The notes under the pieces are model-generated. The model searched no databases and had not been told where the DNA came from. It saw only the letters and a list, made by a program, of their open reading frames with translations. From an uncultured archaeon (lineage in GTDB: Archaea > Asgardarchaeota > Lokiarchaeia > Sigyniarchaeales > SOKP01): a stretch of 63,272 nucleotides of DNA. The position numbers were made by a program, and so were the translations under genes. Within the stretch, counting starts at the first letter, position 1. Each line of letters starts with the position of its first letter. Below, one piece after another: positions 9,501 to 19,779 of the stretch. Where the stretch lies: assembly GCA_964583985.1 (NCBI GenBank), contig CAZOYD010000006.1:23858-87129 (forward strand), read 5' to 3'.

Positions 9501-9608
9501 ATGGCAAAAAAGAAAGCTCCAGCAAAAAAACCCTCAGCTCCAGCCAAGAAAAAGGCTCCAGCCAAGAAAAAGGCTCCAGCCAAGAAAAAGGCTCCAGCCA
9601 AGAAATAA
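9501..9608 (+). CDS. 35-aa Lys/Ala/Pro peptide, histone H1 C-terminal-tail-like; absent from the ORF track
   Basis: MAKKKAPAKKPSAPAKKKAPAKKKAPAKKKAPAKK*; GAGGT SD 8 nt before ATG; T-rich tract downstream. Confidence 0.8.
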   Translation: MAKKKAPAKKPSAPAKKKAPAKKKAPAKKKAPAKK

Positions 9609-9614
9609 GCTCCA
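9537..9614 (+). repeat. 18-bp tandem repeat GCTCCAGCCAAGAAAAAG
   Basis: Three perfect copies (9537-9590), a fourth with TAA replacing the last AAG, then a partial GCTCCA. Confidence 0.95.
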
Positions 9615-9762
9615 CCTAAATCATATTTTACTAAAAAACTAATGAACTAAAACTTTTTTTTATTATTTTCTGATTTAAGTAAAATTAATAAGACAATAAA
9701 ATCATTTGATATGAATAGATCTATAATATAACTCACTTAAAAATATATATTAAATAGGTTTT

Positions 9763-10395
9763 TTAGAATTTTCTCCATAAATTCTTATAAACTCTTTCTT
9801 CAATCATAAAAGGATCTGGTCGAAAGACTTTTGCGTTCGGTTGAGGATAACCTAAAGCTAAAATGCACGGAAAATCATATTTTTCAGGGATTTCTAGTAA
9901 TTTTTTAATCTTTTCGGGATAATTTGGAATGTAGGTGACACCAAAAATGCCTTCTTCAACGGCAGAAAGGAGAATATTTTCGATCACCATCCATATTGAT
10001 GCAAAATAATTAAGATGCATTCGAAGTTTGGGATTCATCAATGGAAATGGTTGATTAAAAACGGGTATAATTACCGCACCTGCTGTAAGGATCATTTTAG
10101 CCTGTTTTGGTATTGAGAACTTGTACATCTCTCTCTGAGCGTGATCTTTAAAACCTAAATCATCAAGAATTTGTTCGGGATCTCTATCTCTAATCAAATT
10201 TTCTCCCTCCTTCCCTACAAGTTTCATCCGCATACCATTACTTTCAATATTTATAAAAAACCACTTCCGCACATGACTGTTGCTCGGAGCTTGCATTCCA
10301 TCCAAAAGAAGTTTGTTCAATACTTCAGTGATTATTGGTTTCTCAATGAAATCTCTAATTGTCCTCCTATTATACATGGCATCTCTCAGATTCAT
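9763..10395 (-). CDS. nitroreductase family protein
   Basis: RRTIRDF, QAPSNSHVRKW, ENILLSAVEEG, ALGYP. Confidence 0.9.
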   Translation of the reverse strand: MNLRDAMYNRRTIRDFIEKPIITEVLNKLLLDGMQAPSNSHVRKWFFINIESNGMRMKLVGKEGENLIRDRDPEQILDDLGFKDHAQREMYKFSIPKQAKMILTAGAVIIPVFNQPFPLMNPKLRMHLNYFASIWMVIENILLSAVEEGIFGVTYIPNYPEKIKKLLEIPEKYDFPCILALGYPQPNAKVFRPDPFMIEERVYKNLWRKF

Positions 10396-10618
10396 CGAAA
10401 AATTACCTCTATTTATTATTAGGATATATCATATACATTTTAGATCTTTAAAGTTACAATCTATTTTTATTTTAACATATAGGAAATGAGTAAGAAGAAT
10501 ACTCATTGATAAGACACGAATATATGGAAAATATAATTCGAACGATAAACATTTCAACTACGTAAAAAATCAATTTAATAGCTTATAATTATTAAAAAAA
10601 GAAATAAATAAAAGAAAT

Positions 10619-12916
10619 TTACTTTATCGGACGGCTATTAGCCTGGAAAATTGGCCCGATAAATTGACTGTATAATTTAGCGTAAGAAGCTTGGTTGGAA
10701 ACCACGCTTATCATTTCTGATTCATTATCAGTAAATGGACCAATGATAACTTCTTCGGCATCTCGGGTGACAGCATAGAAATCGCCTTGAGTATTAAGTT
10801 GCCTGAATTGAATATTGCCTAAGCTCATCATCTTACGAATGATGTCTCCATATTGGTCCATTGGGAAATGACTAGTAAGCATGAAGCGTGCTGCTTTCTT
10901 TTGAAATGCAAATTCACTAACAACTTGCAAGACTTCTGGAATTACGACTGGTGTCACGATAATAACCGAAGATTTTGTCCTATAAATTGCGTCTTTAATA
11001 GCAGATACCATGGCATCTCTACCAATGACTTGCCAGGTGGTAATCTCAGAAATTTCAGGAAGCGCACTTGATGCATTGAAAATATCTTTTAGTTTATCTT
11101 CATTTTGTTCTGATAATTCCGTTCCATCATCAATTGAATTCATGAATTGGAGCGTAAAATCAGCGATTGCATCCTTGATATTTTGTGCGGTGTCCTTGGT
11201 AGTGTTTGATAAGCTATTTTGCAGTGTTTTAGCATTTTCTTCATATTTGGTTTTATGATCACTGAGCATTTCACTCAAGGATCTTTCTAGATTAGCAGAT
11301 TCATCTCCCCATAAACTGATTTCTGCAGTAATTTTATCAGACACATCACGTTTTCCAATAATAAACTTGTCATCAGTATCTCTAATCCAATCTTCTTTAA
11401 TCTTCTTTACATCAGTATCAAATTCTGTATAATGTTTAAGCGAATCATCTTTGTGTCGATTGATTGCTTCATTATATTGCCTATGATGCTGTTTTATCGC
11501 GCTTTCAAGCGAATCTTTTAACTTTATGGTTGTACTGGAACAATCTTTAATTCCGTTTTGCAAGGTATTATCAACTTCACCTGCCATATCTGTTGCTAAT
11601 GTTTCCAACTGCACGTTAATAGTTTCTTGAGCTTTATGATCTAATTCTGTTGTCTCAGTTTCGAGGTTTTGGTTTTCTCTGGAAATAATGTCAGTTACAT
11701 CCTGTTTAATTTCATCAGTAGTATTACGCGTATCTTTTATATAATCTTCAGTTGTTTTGATGAAATCTTCTTTCATTGGTTCGGTGTATTTCAATACGTT
11801 TTGAATTGTTGTTTCATGGCGAGCTTTATATTTCTTCTTCTTTCCCATCCAGAAAAATTTCTTTTTAGCCATATCTTCAGAAAAGTCAGTAAAACGATTT
11901 GCATGTTCAAGGAGATTGTCAATTAAGGTAAGTGTCATGCTTTTGAAATCATTTGATTGATCATTTAAAATGCGATGCCTTTCATCTACTGTCGCTTTTA
12001 AATTAGTCTGAAGAGTATCAGTGGTATTTTTTACGTGAGTAGCGTGTTCATTCAATAGATTAGAGATCCGTTGTTTTAAATCTGAAACTATTTTATCCAT
12101 CCTCTCTAAATATTTCTCGAGAATTTGTTCCATGCGGGGTTTTAAATCATCTGAGATAGTTCGGTGTCGATCCACATGTTCATCAAGATCTTTTTTTAAT
12201 TCTATTTCAATATTTTCGACTCGGTTTGAAAAATCAGATAATAACTCGGCGATTATTTTAGTAATGTTTTCTTTTGTTGTATTGACTTCAGATTCGTTTT
12301 CCTTGATCCTTGCGGTACTAATATTCTTTAAATCTGAATTTAGCACGTTTAAAATTGAATGAATATTTTCTTCAAGGGTTTTTGAGGTGTCAGTAAAGCG
12401 GTTTCGTGCTACATTTATTTTTTCTGCTTTATAATTACTTTTGGTATCAGAATCTTCAAAGAATAGTTTTAATTGTCCATCTACGGCAGTAACTACTTCA
12501 TTTATGCTTTTATCTTGGATTGATTCTAATTTTTCAAACCTATTTGCTTGATCAGCTAAAATCCTATCCTTGATTTGAGCAATCTCATTTCTAAAAATCT
12601 CGGATTCTGATGTAAATAATTCGAAAAATGGTTCAAGCGGAATGTATCTATCTACAATTCCAGGAACATGTTTTAAAAAACCTTTCTCAACGAGCTGATT
12701 TGTTTCTTCAAGAACTTTTTCGTATGTCAACTCCTCATATTGGTCGGTTAAAGTGAGATATACTTCCGAAGAAGTTGCTCTAGGCACTCTTAAATAACCA
12801 AGATATATAAGGATCTGTTCTTCAGTAAATCCATATCGAGTAAACACTTCCTTTGTGAAATCTTTTAAACTCATGAGTATTTCTCCAATATTCTGTTTGA
12901 ATTGAAATGAATTCAA
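10619..12916 (-). CDS. TrmB-like wHTH + long helical/coiled-coil insert + TrmB/PLD-like C-terminal domain (likely start ATG 12874)
   Basis: YGFTEEQILIYL...LVEKGFL...RYIPLEP N-domain; GRDAMVSAIKDAIYRTKSSVIIVTP...TRDAEEVIIGP C-domain; GGAGA SD before 12874. Confidence 0.75.
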   Translation of the reverse strand: MNSFQFKQNIGEILMSLKDFTKEVFTRYGFTEEQILIYLGYLRVPRATSSEVYLTLTDQYEELTYEKVLEETNQLVEKGFLKHVPGIVDRYIPLEPFFELFTSESEIFRNEIAQIKDRILADQANRFEKLESIQDKSINEVVTAVDGQLKLFFEDSDTKSNYKAEKINVARNRFTDTSKTLEENIHSILNVLNSDLKNISTARIKENESEVNTTKENITKIIAELLSDFSNRVENIEIELKKDLDEHVDRHRTISDDLKPRMEQILEKYLERMDKIVSDLKQRISNLLNEHATHVKNTTDTLQTNLKATVDERHRILNDQSNDFKSMTLTLIDNLLEHANRFTDFSEDMAKKKFFWMGKKKKYKARHETTIQNVLKYTEPMKEDFIKTTEDYIKDTRNTTDEIKQDVTDIISRENQNLETETTELDHKAQETINVQLETLATDMAGEVDNTLQNGIKDCSSTTIKLKDSLESAIKQHHRQYNEAINRHKDDSLKHYTEFDTDVKKIKEDWIRDTDDKFIIGKRDVSDKITAEISLWGDESANLERSLSEMLSDHKTKYEENAKTLQNSLSNTTKDTAQNIKDAIADFTLQFMNSIDDGTELSEQNEDKLKDIFNASSALPEISEITTWQVIGRDAMVSAIKDAIYRTKSSVIIVTPVVIPEVLQVVSEFAFQKKAARFMLTSHFPMDQYGDIIRKMMSLGNIQFRQLNTQGDFYAVTRDAEEVIIGPFTDNESEMISVVSNQASYAKLYSQFIGPIFQANSRPIK

Positions 12917-13208
12917 TTAAATTTACAAATATTTTGAATTCCTTTTCAACATCTTAAAATATTATAATCTTTAATTATTTATCAAAATTATTATATTAAA
13001 ACTTAAGGATTAGGAAGACCGCTTTTTGAAGTGGAACCTTTAAATATTGAATTTATCGTTTTTTTCGAATTTCAAATCAAAATTATTAGCAGCAATACAT
13101 TTTTGTGATTTTATTGCATGATTAAATCTAATGGGAATAATTGTTCCTCAATCCTTTTTATACGGAATGAACTTCTTTCTTACAGATAACTAAATTTGTT
13201 GAAAAAAA

Positions 13209-13886
13209 ATGAAAAATACACATAAGATTTTAATAGGTATTGTCAGTCTCATGGTACTTTTTTCCTTACTTAACGTAAATTCTGTTGCGGCGCAAGGAAC
13301 CACTCCTCAAGAAATTAATCAAGACACTTACCAGGCAAGGTTAAATGCTTCTGAGCAATATAATTTTAGATTCAGATTGAGAACCCAACTAAGAATAATG
13401 GCTAACGTAAATATTGATTTAGATATAAATTGTGAGCCAATGAAGATTGGGGTCAAAGATTTTGCTATTGAAGTTACAACCAACGAAGATTTAAAGATGA
13501 ACATGACGTGCACCGAAGAACAACTAGAACTTGGATTATTAAATGGAAATACTTATCAAATAAGAAATCGGAATCGATATCAATATAATGAAGGATTTTG
13601 TATTAGAATTCAAACAAATACTACAAATCAAATACAAGCTAAGTTAATGATTCAAGCTACGAATCAAAATCAGGTTGGCACATGGGCTTATTATGAAGAA
13701 ACTACAGGAGAATGGGTATCAGTCCCAACTACAGTTGAAAACGGATATTTAGTTGCCAATGTTGATCATTTTTCATATTGGACAATTTTAATTCCAGATT
13801 ACACGCTCGCGATAATTATCGGTGTTGGAGTAGGAGCGGGTGCTTTGATTGCAGTATTAGCGATTTATTATTGGAAGAAGAGATGA
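13209..13886 (+). CDS. secreted, C-terminally membrane-anchored surface protein
   Basis: N-terminal signal peptide, beta-rich domain ending VDHFSYW, TM helix followed by KKR. Confidence 0.8.
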   Translation: MKNTHKILIGIVSLMVLFSLLNVNSVAAQGTTPQEINQDTYQARLNASEQYNFRFRLRTQLRIMANVNIDLDINCEPMKIGVKDFAIEVTTNEDLKMNMTCTEEQLELGLLNGNTYQIRNRNRYQYNEGFCIRIQTNTTNQIQAKLMIQATNQNQVGTWAYYEETTGEWVSVPTTVENGYLVANVDHFSYWTILIPDYTLAIIIGVGVGAGALIAVLAIYYWKKR

Positions 13887-13976
13887 GACATTAGTATTTA
13901 ATTACCATTATTTTTTTTTATCTTTTAATTATCAATATTATTAAAATATAGTTGAGGTTGTTCGATTATTCGTAAA

Positions 13977-15221
13977 ATGATGAAAAGAGAAAATAAAACA
14001 GCGATTTTTCTTATATCATTTGTAGTAATATTAAGTTTAAATCTATACCTCAACACGGTTACTGCTCGTGATGTAGATGTTCCTGGTTTCTCTACTAATG
14101 ATTCAATAAATGCAGGTGAAACAGTTAATTATCATTTCTCTAATAATATTCTTTTAAGCATTAGTACCAATGTTTCCATGGATCTTGACGTTGATTATGA
14201 AAACCGCATTCAAAACAAGCAAATTCACTTTTTCATCAACAATAGCAATCCTATATACTTAAACATCACTTCAAAAGAAAATATAGGAAATTTTGGAGTA
14301 AGTAAAGCCCCACAAGATCCAAATAAAGGAGGCATTCAGTATCAAAATAAATATAATTGTATAGTGATGATTACAACTAATGTCACCATTGAAAATATGG
14401 TAATTCGAAGTCTAAAAGGTTCTCAATATGGGTTTAGTTTGAATACACAATATTCAATCGGAGTTTATGAGCCATCCAGTGAATCTTGGAAAATTCTTGA
14501 AACACGGGAACAACTAAACGAATCTAACTCAGAATTGTATTTAGAAACGTCAATATCCCTTCTTAATGCTAGCACGGCATATTATTTTACTTACTTTGAA
14601 GAAAGCATTATTAATGATAATTGGATTTGGATCTCATTTTACGTCATTCTCTTTAGTGGCATTATCGCTGTTGTAATTGTAATTTCTAAAAGTGATTACA
14701 TGCAATATTTAAAAATGCGAACCGTTTCAATCGAAAAGGGTGCCCATCGCTTAAGTTTGGAGGACGTATTAGAAAATAAAAATAGGGATAAAATTATCGA
14801 ATTAATATTAAATGAACCGGGAATTCATTTCAATGAGTTATTAAGAAAAACAGAACTCGCTGCCGGAAATTTAGTCTGGCATTTAGATATTCTTGAAACC
14901 TATAAAATAATTGGAAAGAAGCGAGTTGGTAAATTTATCGTCTACTTTCCATATTATCATAAAAATCCCATTTCAAATATAGATTTAAAATTAAGTAAAA
15001 GTAAATTAACGCTCGAAATATTAGAAATGATAGAGGAAGAACCAGGATTATGGAATAACCTAATTACTAAAAAATTAAAAGTAGACCATAAAACTATTCA
15101 TTATCATATTAACAAATTAAAAGAATTGAATCTCATACGTTTTCAAAAGGATGGACGTAAAAAGAAATTTTTCCCAAATTTAGATGCAGATTATTTCAAT
15201 GAAAAGAATCAGTTAGATTAA
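13977..15221 (+). CDS. membrane-anchored transcriptional regulator (ectodomain + TM + double wHTH)
   Basis: Signal peptide; TM WIWISF...VIVI; LENKNRDKIIELI..EPGIHFNELLR...WHL..LE and a second wHTH EEPG...IHYHINKL. Confidence 0.85.
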   Translation: MMKRENKTAIFLISFVVILSLNLYLNTVTARDVDVPGFSTNDSINAGETVNYHFSNNILLSISTNVSMDLDVDYENRIQNKQIHFFINNSNPIYLNITSKENIGNFGVSKAPQDPNKGGIQYQNKYNCIVMITTNVTIENMVIRSLKGSQYGFSLNTQYSIGVYEPSSESWKILETREQLNESNSELYLETSISLLNASTAYYFTYFEESIINDNWIWISFYVILFSGIIAVVIVISKSDYMQYLKMRTVSIEKGAHRLSLEDVLENKNRDKIIELILNEPGIHFNELLRKTELAAGNLVWHLDILETYKIIGKKRVGKFIVYFPYYHKNPISNIDLKLSKSKLTLEILEMIEEEPGLWNNLITKKLKVDHKTIHYHINKLKELNLIRFQKDGRKKKFFPNLDADYFNEKNQLD

Positions 15222-15318
15222 TTATATATTCCTTAAATTTGATGCAATCCCATCAACCCTATAATAATTAATAAAATATTCAAATAGTCTTTTTAACCGT
15301 TTAATCATTTAAAATGTT

Positions 15319-15822
15319 ATGATTGAACCAGAAAAATTATTGGAGTTTATAAAGAACAGAAGGAGCATTCGCTCATTTCAAGACGCACCGATTGCTGAAG
15401 ATGCTCTAACCATGATATTAGAAGCGGCAAGATGGACTCCAAGTGCTTCGAATCGGCAACCTTGGAAATTTATTGTCATTAAGGATAAAAATCTTCTAGA
15501 AGAAATAGCAAGTAAAGCAATATACGGAAAATTCGTGAAAAGAGCACCCTTAGCAATCGCAATAATAGGAAAAAAAAAAATCAGTCCTAATTGGTATGTT
15601 GTAGATACATCCTTGGTTTCCATGAATATGATGCTTATGGCTTGGTCACTAGGAATAGGAACTTGCTGGGTTGGAGCTATGGATAGAGAAAAAGCGAAAA
15701 AGATACTTAAATTAAATGAGGATGATTATTTACTTACGATCCTACCATTTGGATACATAAAAGGAGCGATCCCAAAACCCACTTCACGTAAATCCATAGA
15801 AGAGATAAAAAGAGAATTATAG
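15319..15822 (+). CDS. nitroreductase family protein
   Basis: RRSIRSF, TPSASNRQPW, LGIGTCWVG. Confidence 0.93.
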   Translation: MIEPEKLLEFIKNRRSIRSFQDAPIAEDALTMILEAARWTPSASNRQPWKFIVIKDKNLLEEIASKAIYGKFVKRAPLAIAIIGKKKISPNWYVVDTSLVSMNMMLMAWSLGIGTCWVGAMDREKAKKILKLNEDDYLLTILPFGYIKGAIPKPTSRKSIEEIKREL

Positions 15823-15824
15823 AT

Positions 15825-17003
15825 TTATAAATCAATAATAAGATCATCTAACTTTTCTGGTGCTTTAGATAATTTAACATAACCATCTTCCGTAATCAAC
15901 ACAGTATCAGAATGCCTAAATCCGCCCAATCCAGGAATGTAGATTCCCGGTTCGACACTTATTAACATATTCTTTTCAAGAGGATGATCATAACCTTCTG
16001 CTAAAAAGGGAGCTTCGTGTCCGGTTATCCCCAGTCCATGGCCTGTTCGATGGATGATATATTTCCCATAACCATTATCTGTAATGAACTTCCTAACTTT
16101 TTTATCAATTTCTCCCATATTCTCTCCTGGTTTAAGCAGACTATATGCTAAATCTCTTGCTTGATACATTATTTCAAACGGTTTTTTAGCTTCTTGGGGT
16201 ACTTCACCGAGGAAGAAAGTTCGTTCTATTTCAACTCCATAGCCATCTACTTGTGCAGAGACGATAGAAACATGCGGTCCTCCATTTTCCATTTCAGCAA
16301 AAATTTTAGGAATAATATGAGGATCATGAGAAAATGAAGGGGGCCAAACTGCTGCTGTAGTTTTGCATACCATGAAGTTAGCATCCGGAATATCCTGAAC
16401 GATTTTAGATGTCATGAGTCCTGTTACTTTTTGATACAATGCAAATTCCAATACACCTGGTCGACATATTTTAAGAACTTCCTTATGACCCTTATTGATT
16501 ACCTTACATGCATGTACTGAACGTCCAATTTCGTAATCACTTTTTATAATTCGAACATCATCAATAATATCCGTAACGATCTTAATCCCTGGAGTTTTTT
16601 CAGCAATTCCCATGGGCATGGCAGACTCTATACCCACCCTTTTATCATTTTGAATCAATTTTTGGTATTGATCGTACCAATTTTCTCCTTTTGGAGCGGG
16701 AAATTCATAATAACTGAAGTACTGCAGATCACATAATGCTCTTGTTTCAACGTGACTTTTTTCCAAAAGTGGCACTACCATTTTTGGCACTCCTTCTTTC
16801 TCAATTACTAAGATAAAGGGTCGCTCATGAACATTATTAGCAAAATTGGTTAAATAATAAATGTTAACTGGATCAAATGAGATGTAATAATCTAATTTTT
16901 CACGGTGCATTAAGTTTCGCACTTTTTCAAGACGGGTATTTAACTCCTCTCTTGATGGAGGTGCTTTTATTGATTTTAATTGTAAAACCATTTTTTTCAC
17001 CAA
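15825..17003 (-). CDS. Xaa-Pro peptidase family (M24, creatinase N-domain)
   Basis: HRTGHGLGITGHEAP, SVEPGIY, GFRHSDTV. Confidence 0.9.
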   Translation of the reverse strand: MVKKMVLQLKSIKAPPSREELNTRLEKVRNLMHREKLDYYISFDPVNIYYLTNFANNVHERPFILVIEKEGVPKMVVPLLEKSHVETRALCDLQYFSYYEFPAPKGENWYDQYQKLIQNDKRVGIESAMPMGIAEKTPGIKIVTDIIDDVRIIKSDYEIGRSVHACKVINKGHKEVLKICRPGVLEFALYQKVTGLMTSKIVQDIPDANFMVCKTTAAVWPPSFSHDPHIIPKIFAEMENGGPHVSIVSAQVDGYGVEIERTFFLGEVPQEAKKPFEIMYQARDLAYSLLKPGENMGEIDKKVRKFITDNGYGKYIIHRTGHGLGITGHEAPFLAEGYDHPLEKNMLISVEPGIYIPGLGGFRHSDTVLITEDGYVKLSKAPEKLDDLIIDL

Positions 17004-17180
17004 ATAATTATCTAAATTGATAATTAGGTTAAATTAGTTGCTACTTTAAAATTTTTTTTATCCTATTATTTTTACCTCAGATATTTAGACTAAATTTAAA
17101 CCCAGATCATATCACGATAAAAATAAGTAAAACAATTCCTTAGTTAATCCAATGCAATTAAACCTAATATTAAAAAAAAA

Positions 17181-18773
17181 ATGACTAAAGGATATTTTGG
17201 ATTGGTATTGCATGGTCACATGCCATGGTGCAAGAAGAGTGGGGTATGGCCTGCAGGAGAACAATGGTATACTGAAGCTAATCTGGAAACATATATTCCT
17301 CTATTAAATGTGTTAAGAGATCTTAAAGAAAGAGGAATAAAGACTGATATAACTATAAATATCACCCCAATATTGGCTGAAATGATGGCTGACAATTACA
17401 TGAAAGAACAATTTATTCATTATACTGAAGATTTAATAAAGCGAGCTAAGTCTGATATTCAAAAATACTATAATCATCCTACCAGAAAGAAAATTGCTGA
17501 ATTTCATTTGCACAATTTTGAAAGCATCCTTTCTGCTTTTTATCATAATTATTATACCGACCTTTTGGGTACCTTTAAATGGCTTCAAGAGGAGAAGATG
17601 ATAGAATTAATAACTTGTGCGGCAACTCATGGTTTTTTACCTCTTTTTGAGCAAGATTCTAGCATTTTTTCTCAGATACAACTTGCATATGATACCCATA
17701 AGAAATACTTTAAGAAAGAACCAAAAGGAATATGGCTTCCCGAGTGTGCTTATCGTCCCAAGAAGAAAAATGGAAATATTGTAAGAGAAAGTATTGATTA
17801 TTGGCTCCATAACTCTGGGATAGAATATTTTTTTGTTGATTCTCATGGAATTTTAACAGCAGAGATTATTGAGGATAAAAATAAATTAGGATTAAATACC
17901 AATTTTGGATATAAATTAGAAACCGGTGTATCAGTTTTTGGGAGGAATATGAACACCAGCAGACAAGTATGGGATGCACAAATAGGTTATCCTGGTAATG
18001 GATACTATAGAGAGTTTCATAAAAAGGATCCTGATTCGGGATTACCATATTGGAGAATTACCGATAAATCAATTGATAATGAGCAAAAGGAACTATATGA
18101 TATTGAAAAAGCCCAAGACAAGGTCAAATTGGATGCGGATCATTTTGTTTCTTCTCTTTTAAAAGAATTGACTTCATTTTCAAGTAAATATAACGAGAAA
18201 GGCATTATCGTGTCCCCTTACGATCTTGAACTGTTTGGCCATTGGTGGATGGAAGGAATTCCATGGCTTAAAAGAGTCTTCGAATTAATCTATGGCGAAA
18301 AAGATATCAAAATGATTACTTTTTCAAAATATCTTTCAAAACATGCTGGTGAATTTTCTGTGATCAAGATGAAGGAGAGCAGTTGGGGTGAAGGTGGGCA
18401 TTTTCAAGTTTGGAAAAATCCGGAACATGGCTGGATTTGGCCTTATATTAATAGTTCTGCAGTAGAATTTGAAAATGTTCTAAATTTATATCCCAATCCC
18501 GAAAAATCGCAACAACGTATCTTAAAACAAATTGCCAGAGAACTATTGCTGATGGAGGGAAGTGATTGGTCATTTCTATTATACACTAAACAAGCTAAAG
18601 AATATGCTAATCAACGTTTTCATCACCACCACCAAAGATTTAATAAATTAATATGGGCTGCGAAGGATTTAAATGATAAAAAAAGGATATCTATTAAAGA
18701 ATTGGAAGATATTGAATCGATTGATTCTTGTTTTCAAAATATTAATTTAGATTATTTTCGTAAAGCGACTTAA
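17181..18773 (+). CDS. GH57 1,4-alpha-glucan branching enzyme
   Basis: VLHGHMP, ATHGFLP, GIWLPECAY, YDLELFGHWWMEG, SDW. Confidence 0.92.
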   Translation: MTKGYFGLVLHGHMPWCKKSGVWPAGEQWYTEANLETYIPLLNVLRDLKERGIKTDITINITPILAEMMADNYMKEQFIHYTEDLIKRAKSDIQKYYNHPTRKKIAEFHLHNFESILSAFYHNYYTDLLGTFKWLQEEKMIELITCAATHGFLPLFEQDSSIFSQIQLAYDTHKKYFKKEPKGIWLPECAYRPKKKNGNIVRESIDYWLHNSGIEYFFVDSHGILTAEIIEDKNKLGLNTNFGYKLETGVSVFGRNMNTSRQVWDAQIGYPGNGYYREFHKKDPDSGLPYWRITDKSIDNEQKELYDIEKAQDKVKLDADHFVSSLLKELTSFSSKYNEKGIIVSPYDLELFGHWWMEGIPWLKRVFELIYGEKDIKMITFSKYLSKHAGEFSVIKMKESSWGEGGHFQVWKNPEHGWIWPYINSSAVEFENVLNLYPNPEKSQQRILKQIARELLLMEGSDWSFLLYTKQAKEYANQRFHHHHQRFNKLIWAAKDLNDKKRISIKELEDIESIDSCFQNINLDYFRKAT

Positions 18774-18810
18774 TTTTTCTTTTTGCCTATATTATTCATC
18801 ATTTTTTCAA

Positions 18811-18838
18811 TCCAACTTGTATAATCCTTACAGTTGGA
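18811..18838. terminator. hairpin between convergent genes
   Basis: TCCAAC-T-TGTA, loop TAATCCT, TACA-GTTGGA. Confidence 0.3.
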
Positions 18839-18875
18839 ACTGTTGATTATAATATGAATATCCCTGAAAGTTTTT

Positions 18876-19646
18876 TCATTTCTCCTTTTTTACAAATTTA
18901 GAAAGCCTTTCTTTTAATGTATCAGTTTGTGATGTTTCAATCATTGCTACTGACTCTCTAGCAAGAACGCCCTCTAAGTCAAGATCTTGATTCTCATTCA
19001 AGTAAGTTTTCGTGTATTTTAATGCTAAATGTCCTTTTTGGATTATAGTATTTGCAGTTTTTATTAGAATCCTTTTTAAACTTTCAGGTTTACAGATTCG
19101 TGTGACTAAGCCTATTTTAAGAGCATCTTCAGCGGATATTTCATCGCCAAATATCATCATGTCTTTCGCTCTTCCCTCCCCAATTATTCGAGGTAAAAGT
19201 TTAGTAGACGCATTAGAAAAAAAGAGACCGACTCCTGCCTCAGGTAACATTATACGCGTATCTGTTGCAGCAATTCGCACGTCACAAGCTAATGTATGTT
19301 CGAAACCCCCACCAATAACCCATCCGTGATATCCTACAATAATAATTCCGGGGTGTGCTATCATTTTTCTTGTTAGGATCTGCCATGCTTCAAGAAATTG
19401 CACGCCTTCAGCAAATTTTTCCTCGTTGGTTATTAGATCATAACTATATTTTAAATCTGCTCCCACAGTAAAATGTTTTCCATTTGCAGAATATATCACG
19501 CATACATCTCCGTTCTTTGCACTTAATTCGAAACATTCTATCAATTTTCTAAGCAGTGAAAGATCAATCGTGTTTCTTTGATCTGGTTTGTTGATCGTGA
19601 TCTTTCCTATATCCCCTTCTTTTTCATATAAAACAATATCATTCAC
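18876..19646 (-). CDS. enoyl-CoA hydratase/isomerase family
   Basis: FTVGADL, IGGGFE..LACD.RIA, PEAGVG. Confidence 0.93.
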   Translation of the reverse strand: MNDIVLYEKEGDIGKITINKPDQRNTIDLSLLRKLIECFELSAKNGDVCVIYSANGKHFTVGADLKYSYDLITNEEKFAEGVQFLEAWQILTRKMIAHPGIIIVGYHGWVIGGGFEHTLACDVRIAATDTRIMLPEAGVGLFFSNASTKLLPRIIGEGRAKDMMIFGDEISAEDALKIGLVTRICKPESLKRILIKTANTIIQKGHLALKYTKTYLNENQDLDLEGVLARESVAMIETSQTDTLKERLSKFVKKEK

Positions 19647-19779
19647 TTAAAGAACCACTAATAATAATTTTTTATAAAAATAAGAATTTGATAGATAATT
19701 AAAATATTCTTAATTACTCGGGAAGTCGAAAAAAGAGTAATTGAAAAAATTCAAATAAAGAATAACTCTATTATGATAC

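Noticed and set aside
9537-9614. Short repeats as a CRISPR array
   Set aside because: No spacers; this is an in-frame coding tandem repeat
10619-12916. SMC/Rad50 or chemoreceptor annotation
   Set aside because: No Walker motifs and no MCP signalling-tip motif
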